From assembly GCF_008831285.2 (NCBI RefSeq), contig NC_045138.2, positions 27,032,001-27,096,000 of the forward strand: DNA of 64,000 nucleotides. Reading direction: 5' to 3'. Below are positions 51,043-64,000 of the stretch, in pieces (positions within the stretch are counted from its first letter, which is position 1; the number at the start of each line of letters is the position of its first letter). The position numbers and the translations under genes were made by a program. Under the pieces are notes generated by a model that ran no database searches, was not told where the DNA came from, and saw only the letters and a list, made by a program, of their open reading frames with translations. This DNA is from Nymphaea colorata. Taxonomy: Eukaryota.

Positions 51043-54000
51043 CACACATACACACACACACACACATGCACACGTACACACACAAAATTAAGTTGTATTC
51101 TAAAGCACGTTTTGTTTTTGGCTTTAACACACGTCAACAGGTATGGGTACAGATGATTGCCTGTAAAAGATATGTATCTATGTCTGCATATATTCCACTT
51201 CTGCACAAATGTTAAAAATTGGTTCATATGTAGAGCTGCAGTTTGTTAATTATAGAGTACAAATCTGAAAGATATATAACAATTCAAATTCAAAAATAAA
51301 AAGGCAACATTGGATGCCTTGGTCACCTACTTGTCACATATTGTCCATATTTTAAACTGGATGAAATTGCTGAATCGAATCTGGAACCCACGTGACCCAT
51401 ATTCGAAGTACCAAGTACCAAAATAAGTGTCACACAGCTTTGTACAGGTACATGATGCTTACAGAAGGCACACATGTGACATTTATTCTAAATAATAGCC
51501 CCATCGTTTGATCTGTAAAGACCGTCATCAATGGTACTGTCAATGCCGGGCTGCCGGCAACTGTAGAAAGAGTAGGCTTTAAACTGCAAGAGTTGTATCT
51601 CTATGGTTGGAAAAATATGAAAAGATCGAACTTAAGCATTTGATTTCGTATAATTGCAGATTTTTTTTTCTGTGATCACATTCATGCGGCTGTTTGTTCT
51701 CACATCTATTGTATGCCAACTTCACATGCACTTGTAACTTCTAATGAGATGATCAAACAAAAACGAGTTCAAATAACATTCATACGGTTGTGTTCCTTAT
51801 GCAGTTTTCGCTGCTTTCTCTTTCTTCATAAACAAAAGGAAAAACGTTAAAGATTTTAAGATATAAGAAACGGAAATTCGATTGCTCCCGGAAAAGCCGC
51901 CGCGTTGGGCTCTTGTGAATACCATCTTCACTTGACACTCCATGCTTTCCGGCAGGATTCGACCCCACCGAGAACGTAGGGAGACTGTCAGATTCTAGTG
52001 ATGGACAGTGCTCCAAACATCTGTGAACAAACAAGAGAGCCCATCCAAATGGGTGCAGGCTGTTGCTGTGTGGGCTCTCATCCCCAATTGCAGCAAAACA
52101 TTTCTTGACGGTTAAGTTGCTTCTGATCATAGAGTAGCTCACTAAATTCCAAATGGATTCTGGTCCTTAGAATTGTTGTTATATCCTAAGGTTGTACAAT
52201 GTACATGATGTACAATCTGCTTATTCTTGAAGCAAGTGCATCTCTCTCTCTCTCTTTCTCTCTCTCCCTTGTGTGTGTGTGTGTGTGTTTTGCATGCAAT
52301 GTGAAGAAGCCTGGACATATGTCACATATGTCTCTCTCACCTTCTTCCAATCTATGTCCCAACCAAAAAGATTTGAAGGGAATTTGGTGGGTCCTATCTG
52401 CATTATCTTAAGTAGATCCTGCTTAGCAAGGGACAGGTTTCATGGCGAAATATTCTATATTTACGGTTTAGAGAGAGAAAGAGAGAGAGAGAAACACTAA
52501 CAGGAGGAGAGCAGTGCCTACCCGATACACGCTTTCTGCCCACCAGCTAGGGGGGGGAGAGAGAGAGAGAGAGAGATAGAAAGAGAGAGATTTTTTATTT
52601 TTTAGTTGTACCCAGTTGGATTAATCTGATCCCCAACTTCATTTAGATTAAGTGAAATTTTTTGGGCAAGCTGTAATACCGAATAAACTTCGAGTGCTGA
52701 TCAAGAATCATGCATCGAGAAAAGAGATCATATCGGGAAGGCAACCACCCAACGCGGTTTGGAAATGCAGCCTTTTTAGATCAGTAGCAGCTTATAGGCC
52801 TTCTGAATTTTCTGAATTATGGGTAGATCTACACCTCCTAATATTATATATGGGGTTATTGGAGTCTAGAAAACAATATTTCTTGGGTTTATATCTTAAT
52901 ATTTTGCCCAACTTTGTGCTGAATCAGATGATCATGTTAAGAAAGGACGATACTACCGTAGTAAATTATTTAACATGGTTTAACTCGAATGTCTGGACTC
53001 TATGATTGGTTTTGATTATAGTCCTCCCAACATTCATTTTTCTAAAGGATAAATTAGGAGATTCTTCACCATATAGATTTTTTAATGCTATTTCATAAAA
53101 AAGTTAGTAGACTTTTCAAATAAAACTGTGATTTGGAGATCCAATTTACATGTGTAGGACGCAGGATTCGTATGAAAAAAAAAAGAAGAAGTTGTTTCTC
53201 TGTCTCTGATCACTAGTAAGTTTGTATTTCTCTTATCTGACATGACCAATAAGAATTTCAATTCCACCGAAGATCCAAAACATGAATGCCATACTTCACA
53301 TATTACAGCATATAAAGTGTATATTGCTCTCTCTCCGTTCGTGATCCGTTTCATGATATATAATTCTTATCATTAACTGAGATTTGCATATGTTTAATTT
53401 GTATCCAATTTAGATTTTAGCTACATTCAGATGCCATAGATTAAGTCATTCACATCAATACTCATAAAAAAAAAGAAAAACAAGTTATATCCTTCTGCAT
53501 AGATTGTGACGTCCCACTGTATTATAAGTTCCTGTTTCTGCATGGGATTCCTTCTGATGATCAGCCCTCCAATCTTATCGTTGTAATTTAAAGTTGTAGT
53601 CACGATTGATCATTGTGAATCAACCACTTGTTTGAATATTAAATAGTTTTAGCTATTGTTTATCAATTATTATATATGAATGAACCATTTTATCGGTATA
53701 ATTGCCGAAAATAGCTGTATTTAACTCAAATTACAACTAGCTTGTTTTTTCTAGAGAAAACGAAGGAACAGGAGCATGAACCCCTAAGAGACAAGAAATT
53801 TTACATCTCAATTAAAGAAACTAAAATGGAAAACCTAGTCTACCAATCTTTTTTTTTGTCAGAAAATGAAAAATTTAATTCGATTAGGATAGATCTGTGT
53901 TGTAGAGGCCGAATTTAAGATAAAAATACTAAGGGGGGAGGACGAAAATGACAAGGCATGAAATAATTTATTATACATTATTTTAAAAATGTTATCTATT

Positions 54001-56051
54001 TGGGATTATTTTATTGAAGTAGTCTAGGAAGGTGGAGCAGTCGGACGCGGGATCACGGGTTCTTGTTTCTAAAGCTTCAGATTCTCTCACACACATACTC
54101 ACATTATCGCACGTGCGACCATTCTCATCCTCATTAATTTCTTGCATAATTTACGTTCATATGAATACTAACTAATTGTACAATTTGTTTAAATTCCATA
54201 TTCAATGTAGAGGGATGTGTGTCGGCCGGTATTAGACGTTTTTGTTGTTGTAACAATTATGATTAATATACATATACAGTAAATGATGAAACCTGTTTCA
54301 ACATGGAATTGAAATTTCAGGTTAATTTCTTTTTCTTCTTATGATTAACCAATGATGAATTATATGACCGTTAACAGCTAGTGTATCGGAAGATAGATTG
54401 GAGTATTATTGAACGCAAGATTATTATATTATGCTTGTAAAAGCATAAAAAGCGTAACATATGTCATAACAGAGAAGTGGGTTTTTCTGCAACGAAGAAA
54501 GCGATCTTCCTACTTTTGCTTCGATCTTCCTTTTCTTTAACAAAAGCCAACGGCTTCTGGCTTTCGAAATGCGCTCCCCAAAAAGCCAGTTCTCTTTTCA
54601 ATAAGACTCTATATTAATTTCTCTTTTCCCTTCCTCGCTAGAAATAACTCCGGAGATCAGCAGGGCGTGCCGCCCCATTTCTGGTACCAAGTTGGCGCAT
54701 CGGGGGCATCCGTTTCCACAGGTGACATCATGAGCTTCGCCGGTCGTCCGTGACCGGAACCCACCGGGCCGGCGAGTAGAGACGGGGATAATAACTCACG
54801 GTCTCGACTCGACGTACAGTGTCGACTGCACGCGTAGGCTTGATAATTAATATTGCAAGCAGCGATGGCCCCTCCTGCTATAGCAATTACAGACAAAGAT
54901 AATAAAATAATTTGGTGGAGAAAATCTTCAATGTTGTTCTCTACTCGAAATACCTCACCTCTGATTTTCCTTCCAACTTTTTACAGCTCCCCATCTGCCT
55001 TTATTTTGTGTTTTCTTCAAGATTTAATCAGACTTAATTAGTTCTGTTCTTAAAGCAGAAGATCAGAAGCCGTATCGCTTTCCTGTCTCATACTGGCTAC
55101 AAACCGGTTAGAGGCTTAAAGATTTAAGCATCTTTTAGCTGTCGACAAACCACCACTTTTGGCTTTTTTACAGAGCTCTGTATACGTTTCAGGCTCAAGT
55201 AACTCTGTTTTTAACTTTGAATGATTGAGTGGGACCCCCGCCATGTGCAAATAACTTCATCTGCTTGATATCATATATAATAGAGTTTCGATAAGAACGG
55301 AGCACTATATAAATCAATTAAATCTTTTTGATATTCACGTTTTCTGTCTTTTATTTATATCAAAGATGGAATTTGTGTATAAGAAACTTTCTTTGGTGAA
55401 AACAAAAGAGAACATAACTAAGAAGACAGAATGCGTGTAAAGAACTTCTATACTTTGGTATGAGCAGAAAATGCTACCAACATTATGCTGCAAAAGTTAG
55501 GGAGCAGAGAGAGTAATACCCCCATGAGAACGCAAAGACTTTGTGATAAATCATTGTGATGGTGATGCAAGAATGACAAGTGTGGTCTGAAAAGATATAG
55601 AGCAGGAAAAGCTGAACCAAGAAGGGAGTTGTTTTTTCACCGCGCGATGACACACGTACGAAGAAACAGAGAGGAGCACAGAAAAGGCTGTAAATCAAGG
55701 CCGTTATTATTCTCTCCAAATCAATAAAAAATCATGAATCTCTTTTCTTTCAAGTAACATTAATCGAGAAAAAGGAGGAAGAGAACATAAAGTTAGAGAG
55801 AAAATAAGCGAAGGAAAAGACAGAAAATGAGACGTCAGAGTAAGCCCTGTGGGGAGGAGGGGGGGCATAGGGAGAGAAAGAATAGTAGAGGATATTGAAC
55901 GGGTGGACGATTACGGGGTTTTTCTCATCCACATCTCCTCTTCCTTCCCTCTCTCTCCTTTGCGTTTCCTTCCCCGCAGAACCAAAGTATTTTTATGATG
56001 TGGGTGTCGGCCGTCTCTGGCCTTTTTTATTGACTGGCCTTGCATTAGTGC

Positions 56052-56092
<41 letters not shown>

Positions 56093-56110
56093 AAGAGAGA
56101 AAGGGAGAGA
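56052..56110. repeat. (GA)n tract upstream of the IDD gene (possible BPC/BBR GAGA element)
   Basis: About 55 nt of GA repeat, ~660 bp upstream of the ATG. The regulatory role is inferred. Confidence 0.7.
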
Positions 56111-56695
56111 TTCAAATATGGCGGCTAGCAGTCTTTCTTCTTCTCTTCTCTCACTGAGACACAGGGCCCCATGAGAGGGTGCAGGTTCATTTACCAAGTA
56201 TGGAAGTTTTTGAGTTTCATATATTGAAAAGCTCCTTTTGAGGCCCTCCTCTTTGATTTTTTTTGCACAGCATGAAGTATAGGGACTAGTTAATTAGACA
56301 AACAGAGAGAGAAAGAAAGAGAGGAGTTTTTGTGGCGGTTCGAGTTGCTGAGGTACAAGGAGATACTATTTCCAGCTTATGAGAAAAAATTGTTTGGCTT
56401 GAAGACTGGTAGAGTAGTATATGCAATGATGAACTTCTATTGGCTTCTGGACTCATGATGACTGTCCTCTTCTTGGATCTAGTGAGAATAGATTCAGCTG
56501 TGTATGAGTGTCTTCTGCTGAGCTTTGGGAATCTCTGTTGATGTCTGCTGCTTGACTGCCGATTCATTAGAAATTTTTCTGGCCAAGAAACAGTGTCAGG
56601 AAATCATGAGAAGGAGTCCCAATATTGCTCTTGCTTGGGTAACTCTTGCAGTCATCTATTTCCTCTCTGTGTGGCGTGGCAGTTGAAGTATTGCT

Positions 56696-56729
<34 letters not shown>

Positions 56730-56767
56730 GATTTGGGTCATACTTCACCATTTTGCGCCAAAAGAAA

Positions 56768-58627
56768 ATGTCAAATTTAACTTCAGCTTCTGGTGAGGCC
56801 AGTGTTTCCACAGGCAACGCAGGTGACAAAGGAAACTTGTACCAGTCCTTTGGTTCGACAAATCCAGCTCCAGTGAAGAAGAAGAGAAACCTCCCAGGCA
56901 ATCCAGGTCAGCTGAAATATAATTTATTTTTCTTCTCTCACAATCGAAGAATGAAAGGTTCCTATCCAAGCTTTTTCCTTTCCTTCTCTTTTACTATCCC
57001 CTTTCTGATCCTTTTTTGTTCCTTGAATATTTTGTTCAGACCCAGATGCAGAAGTGATAGCTCTATCGCCCAAGACCCTCCTGGCCACAAACCGATTTGT
57101 GTGCGAGATTTGCAACAAGGGATTTCAAAGGGATCAAAACCTTCAGCTCCACAGAAGAGGGCATAATCTCCCATGGAAGCTCAAGCAAAGGACAAGCAAA
57201 GAGGTAAAAAAGAAGGTTTACATATGCCCAGAGCCTTCATGTGTTCACCATGACCCTTCAAGGGCACTTGGGGACCTCACAGGCATCAAGAAACACTTCT
57301 GCAGGAAGCATGGCGAGAAAAAGTGGAAATGTGAGAAGTGCTCAAAGAAGTATGCAGTCCAGTCTGACTGGAAGGCTCACTCCAAAACTTGTGGCACTAG
57401 GGAGTACAGATGTGATTGTGGAACCCTCTTCTCAAGGTAAGATCAATAAATATATGCACCCAAAATCTCTTGCTTCTCCTTACTTTGTTTTGTTCTACTC
57501 CCCAACTTCAATCTGTCCTTTTAAAATTATCATTCCTTCATAGACAGTCCATGCTGGTAGCAATTATTGCAATTCTCTTACCCATTCTGCAACTAGAAGT
57601 TAATTCACACATTTATGCTGAAACCATGTCTTAAAGCAAGCTGTGTCGGTAAACAGTTTAATGAATTAACCATAGTAAAAACTAAGAACAGGCGTCCTTT
57701 TCCAGGAGGGACAGTTTCATCACCCACAGAGCCTTTTGTGATGCATTAGCAGAAGAGAGTGCAAAGGCGACACCAGTGCCAATGAATACGCTCCTATCAA
57801 ACCAGGCCACGGCCTCCACCACAATAGGACATGGACCTGCAGGTCTGCCTCTTGTAGGGCCATCCTCATCATCCGCACTGCAAACTCAATTCCCGCTTGA
57901 CCTCCAATCGTCGGGACTAACCCTAAAGAGAGATGATCAGGACCTCAGCGTCAGACCAGATGTTCCTTTGTGGTTAGCAGCAGGAGAATCATCTAGCATG
58001 AGCCAGCAGGAGATGCCTTCTACGCTATTCCCGGCACGCTTGAGCCACGAGTACGCTAGTCCCCATGCTCAACTCAGTCAAGAGCCTAGGGTCCCATCTA
58101 ACACTGTGCAGATGTCAGCTACTGCATTATTGCAGAAGGCAGCTCAGATGGGTGCAACAGTGAGCAAGCCTTCATCGACTCTACGAGCCCCTATCCACAT
58201 CTCCACTGCAATGCCGCCCGCTAATTCTGGTTTCGGATTGGGACTCGATTCTTGGCAAGAAACTCCAGGATCTTCAGCTGCTGTGAGTCGCAGCCCTACT
58301 GTAGAAGCACCAAGCGTGCAGGAGATGATGAATTCATTACCGGGCCCTGGCTTTGGGCCCTTTGAGGAGGCATTCGGTGGGATGCTGGGTTCAAGAAGGG
58401 AAGAAGAAGGAAGAAATGATGGGTTCACAAGGGATTTCTTGGGTGTCGGTGAGCCTTCCGGGGTTTCTGGTTTTAGGGGTCTTTCACATAAGGATATACT
58501 GAGCATCGCTAGTATGGGTCAGTATATTAACCCTCCGTTTGATGGAAGTGCAGTGGCAACGAGCGACCCATGTCTGGAAAATGGCAGCGCATCCACTGCC
58601 CACTTCGCCAATCGAAGACCATGGTAA
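56768..58627 (+). CDS. INDETERMINATE DOMAIN (IDD/BIRD) C2H2 zinc-finger transcription factor. Exons: 56768-56906, 57040-57436, 57706-58627
   Basis: MSNLTSASGEAS, KKKRNLPGNPDPDAEVIALSPKTL, FVCEICNKGFQRDQNLQLHRRGH, CEKCSKKYAVQSDWKAHSKTCG, CDCGTLFSRRDSFITHRAFCDAL, MSATALLQKAAQMG and TRDFLG motifs are all present. Confidence 0.96.
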
Positions 58628-61600
58628 GGTTTATCACCAAGGAATCTCCTTTTTTCTTTGCCTGTGATTTGAACACAGACAAAAGGCTGGACAAGTCTTC
58701 TCTCAGTCTCAGCCCTCTTCTTCTTCTTCTTGTCTTTATTTTGCATCTTTATGTTTCTTACTTTCTTCTTTTCCTGTGTCTCCCAAAGGGAGGGTACTCT
58801 TTTCTTTCATTTTTATCTTCTTCACCTGTTACTGTATCGCATAGCTAGTGCTGGTAGTAGATCTCTCCTTTGGCTCTTGATTTGTTGTACTCAATTTGGA
58901 TAATAATAAGAGATTCTTTTATGCATTTATGTATCTTATTCACTGTCTTCTGCCCCATTTTGGGATATGTACCTGCATGGTGGCCTCTTGTGAAGGAGGA
59001 GCAGACGTGGGGATCTTCAGCCTCTTAACAACCTAATAAGAACAAGAGGGAAATCCGACCTGTTTTCCTTTTGTCATTATCTGGTTGGATATTTGTTTTC
59101 CACAATTCTGCAAATCTTTCTTCGTTCACACTCATTCATCGATGCTACCACCATGTCCTCATTCTTTGGCCCAGTAACATCTCGAACAGTTTTGACCATA
59201 TCTTTCCTTTTCGATTATTTGGACAAAAATCTTGCATCATAATTAATATGTGTGTGAAAGAGAGAGAATGCGTGCGATATATGTTATATATCGTTAAGTA
59301 GATTTCGTATGAAAGTTATATACTTATATTTGCCATACAGATGAATTAATAAATTGGAATACGTAAGAACGTTTTATCTAGGCGATATTATATATGCACT
59401 TTGAACTCGAAAGTAATAGGACAACTTTCCGCCACTGCTTTATAAGCAAGAGAATGTTATGTCATGCATTGTATTATTCTGGGATAAGCTTGTACTGTAG
59501 ACCTGCCCATTAAAAGACATATGTAGAACAATAAAAAAGTGGGTTCTCCTTGAAACTTGATGTGGCATGAGAACTACCTCCCAGGTGATGTGAAGCTCAT
59601 ATAATGACAAAATACATGTAGTGCAATAAATGGTTGCACTAACTGTATATATGACAGTGCAGTGGAAGTGCAGCTTTATCTTAGAAGAAGCCTCTCCGAC
59701 ATAGGCATGCATCGTACCCGCAAGAGATTCTTATAATGTCAGACAAACTTATACGAAATTAAAATTTTTGAAACATTTCATGTGGTCATATGCTTATGTT
59801 AAGGTAAATTCTCCAAGTAAAACAATTCATAATGTAGGAGCACGTTCATTTTTCTAAACTTCGTGTAAGTAACACAAGTTTTGTTACATCCACACATGTA
59901 CGTAAGTATACATATATGCATATATACTTGAGTTGTTGAGAACTTTGAGTAAACTGATATAATGGTAAGTACAAAAGTATCCAGATTTTGATGGTGCAAC
60001 ATATTATAGCCACGCCAAAAATTTTGAATTTCTTTCATTTGAACACCCGATCTCCTGTACATGATTCATGCATATTAATGGAAGAAATTCAAATTTTTGA
60101 GTGCGCTCACAACCGCGTCAAAAGTTTGTCTGTTTCTAAAGTTTCCGACTTTATGTACATCAAAGAAAATGCAAAAAATTGAACACCCCATTAACTGTAC
60201 TTTGTTTCATAATGATGTTTTTATAACAATAAAGCAGAAATTTTTGTTCTATGAATATGATTGCGATGCAACATATATGTATATATAACTTATCTAAGAG
60301 TGCAAAACTCCCTCAAGATTTACGAAAACACACTGTTAGGAGCATTTACGTTTTATCTTTGCTACAACTATCAATTGACAGGGTCTCAGGCAATATATAA
60401 TAGGTTTCCTTGTTTGCCTAGGTCGACATTCAACCCATGAAGGTTCGCTCTGATACGATATGGACATGGCACTGTAAAAGAATTTGGTGCAGCCATGCTT
60501 TGGATGCATGACATATCAAGTTAATAAAGACAAATCACATAAGTACGAATGAAGCATGTATCTGATGATGTGAAGGAGTTGGAGACACAGTTTTAATCTG
60601 ATCATAGATTATTCGTCCCTTTAACATCTGCCGCTGTATCAACAAAATCAGATGTCGACGTAATACCATGCAATTGACAACTTGCTCAAATTGTTCATAT
60701 ACTATGTGAAATGAACTATTTGGGTTCTGCAGGGAATTAATGCAATCTGCCTCAATCATTCACCAACGCCTTCAACAATGAGATTAGACCATCAATATGG
60801 CCCCCACTAGAGCAGATTTTATATTTGAATATTGAAGTTGCAATTCGAAATTGTTCTAATAAATTGAAGCTTAGATAGGAGTCGTTGTCTGCACAAAAAT
60901 ATATAGTGTGGTCGATAGATAAGCATCCCCCACCTAACTCCAATTATTGTATAGTGTTTTGTATTCACTTTCGGTGAGAGTATCTTTCACACTAGAGTAC
61001 CTTGTCTAGTGGTAGATGTAAGCCTTGAAAGCTGACCCGAGCTTCTGAATCCAATGTAGTGCAGCTATATATATATATATATATATATATATCAAACTGT
61101 TTGCTTTTTTTTAATCGTAAAAATAGAGATAGCTGCTTGGTGCTGTTGATGGTACCATACTATCTCGTGCAAACTCGAACTGTCCTGCTCAGTGATTGAG
61201 CTCCTCACAATTTCGCAAAGGAATTTGTCTTGGAAAAGGAATGTGCCGACCAACCATCTTGCTCTCTCTCTCTCTCTCTTTTCTTACCGAGCAACTTGTG
61301 TAAGCACAAAAGTGCCCCAGTTTGTTAGATGTTCTTCGAAAGTTGGGGACGCCATGAACAGCAAGAAAGTTTCAAAGTATTAGATTTGTCTTTCAATGAG
61401 GAGTTTACCTCCTACCCTTCGTAGCTATGATTTATAATCTGCTGTTAACTAATAAGGATGCTAAGCGTGAATTGTTCTGCAAGACTTTTGTTTGTTCCTT
61501 GTCGATCTTCAAAACTTCGCTTAGTATTAAGAGACTGAGAGACAGCGAGAACAAAGCTAATGAAACTATGGTTACCAAAAGAGGCGGTAAATTGCCGTAA

Positions 61601-64000
61601 AAGAGATTAAAAACATTGAGAGCAAGACCAGTGTAAAACTAATTATGCATCTTCCTCAGGCACCAACTGAAGGAAGATAGATTTGAACAATTTAAAATTA
61701 AAAAACTGAAGATTTTCAAGGTTTTGGTATCTCGTTCTCGCGTGGTCATCCCAGGACGCCTGGCTGCTGCATGCTCTGACCCCTCAGTGATCTTCTCCAG
61801 ACAAAATACACGTGAGAGAGAGAGAAGAGTAATACCATTCTCCCAATGACTGTATGTCAACGGGTTGGCCAAGAAAAAAAAAAAATTCAGACTCGTCAGC
61901 GTAACCTTCTCTCACAGCTTTTGCCTCCCTCTCTCTCTCGCTTTCTGAGAAACAATTCAGCCACAGAAAAAGAAAAAGATGAAGGAGATAAGAAAATGAA
62001 AGAAATTGTAGAGAGAAGTGATCACGGATTCACTGGACAAAAAGCAAGAAGAAAAAGGCTGGCGACGTGGGGCATGCGGTCTCCAGAGCCCTCGTGATCA
62101 CTGCCACCTCCCTCTCTCTCTCTGTCTCTCCGTCCAAGTCGAGACGTAACTGGATCGGGGGTTTGCTTTACCCATTCAGTTTCCGATTCATTTCAAAGAC
62201 AACTCATATTTGATTTTTGGGGTGCAGTTCGCTAGCAGAATTTGAGTTCGACTGCAATATCTTGTTTGGGACTAGAAAAAAAAATCAATATAGTTCGATT
62301 ACATATGAGATGCTGAAATTGTCACATCCATACATCTCACGTAATCAGTTTGTTTCATATACTGCTTCTTCCGCATCTATTCATCCAGATATCTCATACA
62401 CGCACTCCGATAATCCATTGAATGGATAGTCACAGGAACTCAATAAGCCATTATACATGTATGTATATGTAGAACTTTATACTCTCATTTCCATTTTGAT
62501 TGCATGAACTTCTATAGAAGATAAATCTATCCCGAATTCATAATTTTTCTTGTCAAAATGGCGGCTTTGGTTTTTCAAAGTTACCAAAAATATAAAAGGA
62601 TGGTTGAAAGAAAAATCTATAAACTAATGTTATATGACAAAAATGTCTATCACTCTTTTTTCTTTGTTTCTTTTAGCTATCCATCATGTTGGATTGAATT
62701 GAATGACTCTAATTAGATGGTTGGGACACTAGAAAAAACTAAAGTCACCGCTCAATTTTCTATAAACATGTATATGCAAAGAAAAAAAGAGATCCCATCT
62801 ATCTCAATTCCATGACAAAGAAAAGTAGAACCATAGGAATGAACAAGAAGCACACCTTTATCTTCCCCTTCCCTTTTCTTCAGTGTCCTCCTCTCACTCT
62901 CTTTCTTCTTTCAACTTCTAAACCACCAAAGGAAAGGAGGCCGAAGAAAGTTTTCATTCGGCCTACCTTTTACTTCTATTTGTCGGAAAAAATAAACTTC
63001 ATTTTTTGTGACTTTTTGAGTTTTTGTGAGGACGGACTTGCTGCTTAATACAAAGCCCAGGGGTATTTTGGTCATTTCATTACTCAGACACAAAACCTAT
63101 TGGCATAAATATTTGATGTATATCGTATCTGTAAGAAATGATTAGTTTAAAATGGATTTACAGGTTTAATCTACCTTCTTATAGCCAATAAAAATTTTCA
63201 AGGTTCCCCATAAGAATCCGAAACTGAAACTGAAGATCGACATATTCAGGTTTTGTAGGGATGGATCGGTGGTTCAAGCTAAATTGATCAACGTGAATGT
63301 CACATATTGAATTTCCAGCATCTAATTAAACCATTAGCAAGGGAGAAAGAACATTCGAATTGCCAGGAAACAAGCAAGAGATCAATGGTTTCCAAATGGA
63401 TTTTCCCTGAAAATTTGATCGATTTGGAGCGATTCCGTGGTTTAGTTTTCCTTCAAACACATGTCTAGCTAACAGTGAGGTTTAAGAAAAAATTCAGAAC
63501 GAAGATCAAAATCAAGCTAAAGAGCAGGATTCCATTTGGGCAGGTCGGCTTTTGCTAGCTAATTTATGTCTTCGACTTTCAGATCTTTGGGATACCTTTT
63601 CCTAGTGATTTGGGCAACTATTTCTCTTTAAAAAATCATTCTACGATAGTCTAGCTCTGAATAATTTATTTTCCCCGACGATGGGAAATAATGCTTTTGG
63701 CACTTTAAAAGAATATTAGGTATTTTTGACTTTAAATGCCACAAAAGTCTTGAGTATACATAAGGAGATTTGACGATTTAAGTGCTCATTCTTGTTAATT
63801 AATCAATCATGTAGACTGCACCTTCATAATTAAGAATTATTTTTCTTCCATATGTCACAGCCGTATCAAAAGCCGCCAATTGATCAAACAACTGGGGTTT
63901 TAATCGACTTGGATAGCAGGAACTACATATGTTTGGCTACTTTGAAGAAAGAGTTCTATTTCATTGATCCAAGGTCTAACTATGTACTCATCTTGGGGAC

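Noticed and set aside
60535..60943. IEADC motif suggesting a LINE RNase H remnant
   Set aside because: Too short and degenerate to support a call.

Overview
This is angiosperm nuclear DNA with GT-AG spliced genes and many GA/TA microsatellites; the species cannot be assigned from sequence alone. Gene order: ZIP4/IRT3-like zinc transporter (-), CWF19L1/CwfJ-like CCCH zinc-finger protein (-), LBD22/27-like LOB gene (+), a rearranged 21-30 kb block, BT1-like mitochondrial carrier (-), SmD2 (-), calumenin/reticulocalbin-like EF-hand protein (+), and an IDD C2H2 zinc-finger transcription factor (+). The main structural finding is a ~4.8 kb near-perfect palindrome (~25293-30129, 23-nt spacer). It places two LBD copies head-to-head with mirrored TATA boxes; one copy is intact and one is frameshifted. 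It also duplicates the carrier gene's last exon and 3' region, carries a filler-DNA deletion scar, and directly abuts a second ~360-bp inverted repeat. The locus could produce hairpin RNA/siRNA against the local LBD family (inference). Other notable signals are a U12 AT-AC intron in the CwfJ gene, a probable GC-AG intron and a 3-nt coding first exon in the ZIP gene, and ZDRE elements in the ZIP promoter. All exon coordinates were read by eye and need RNA-seq confirmation.
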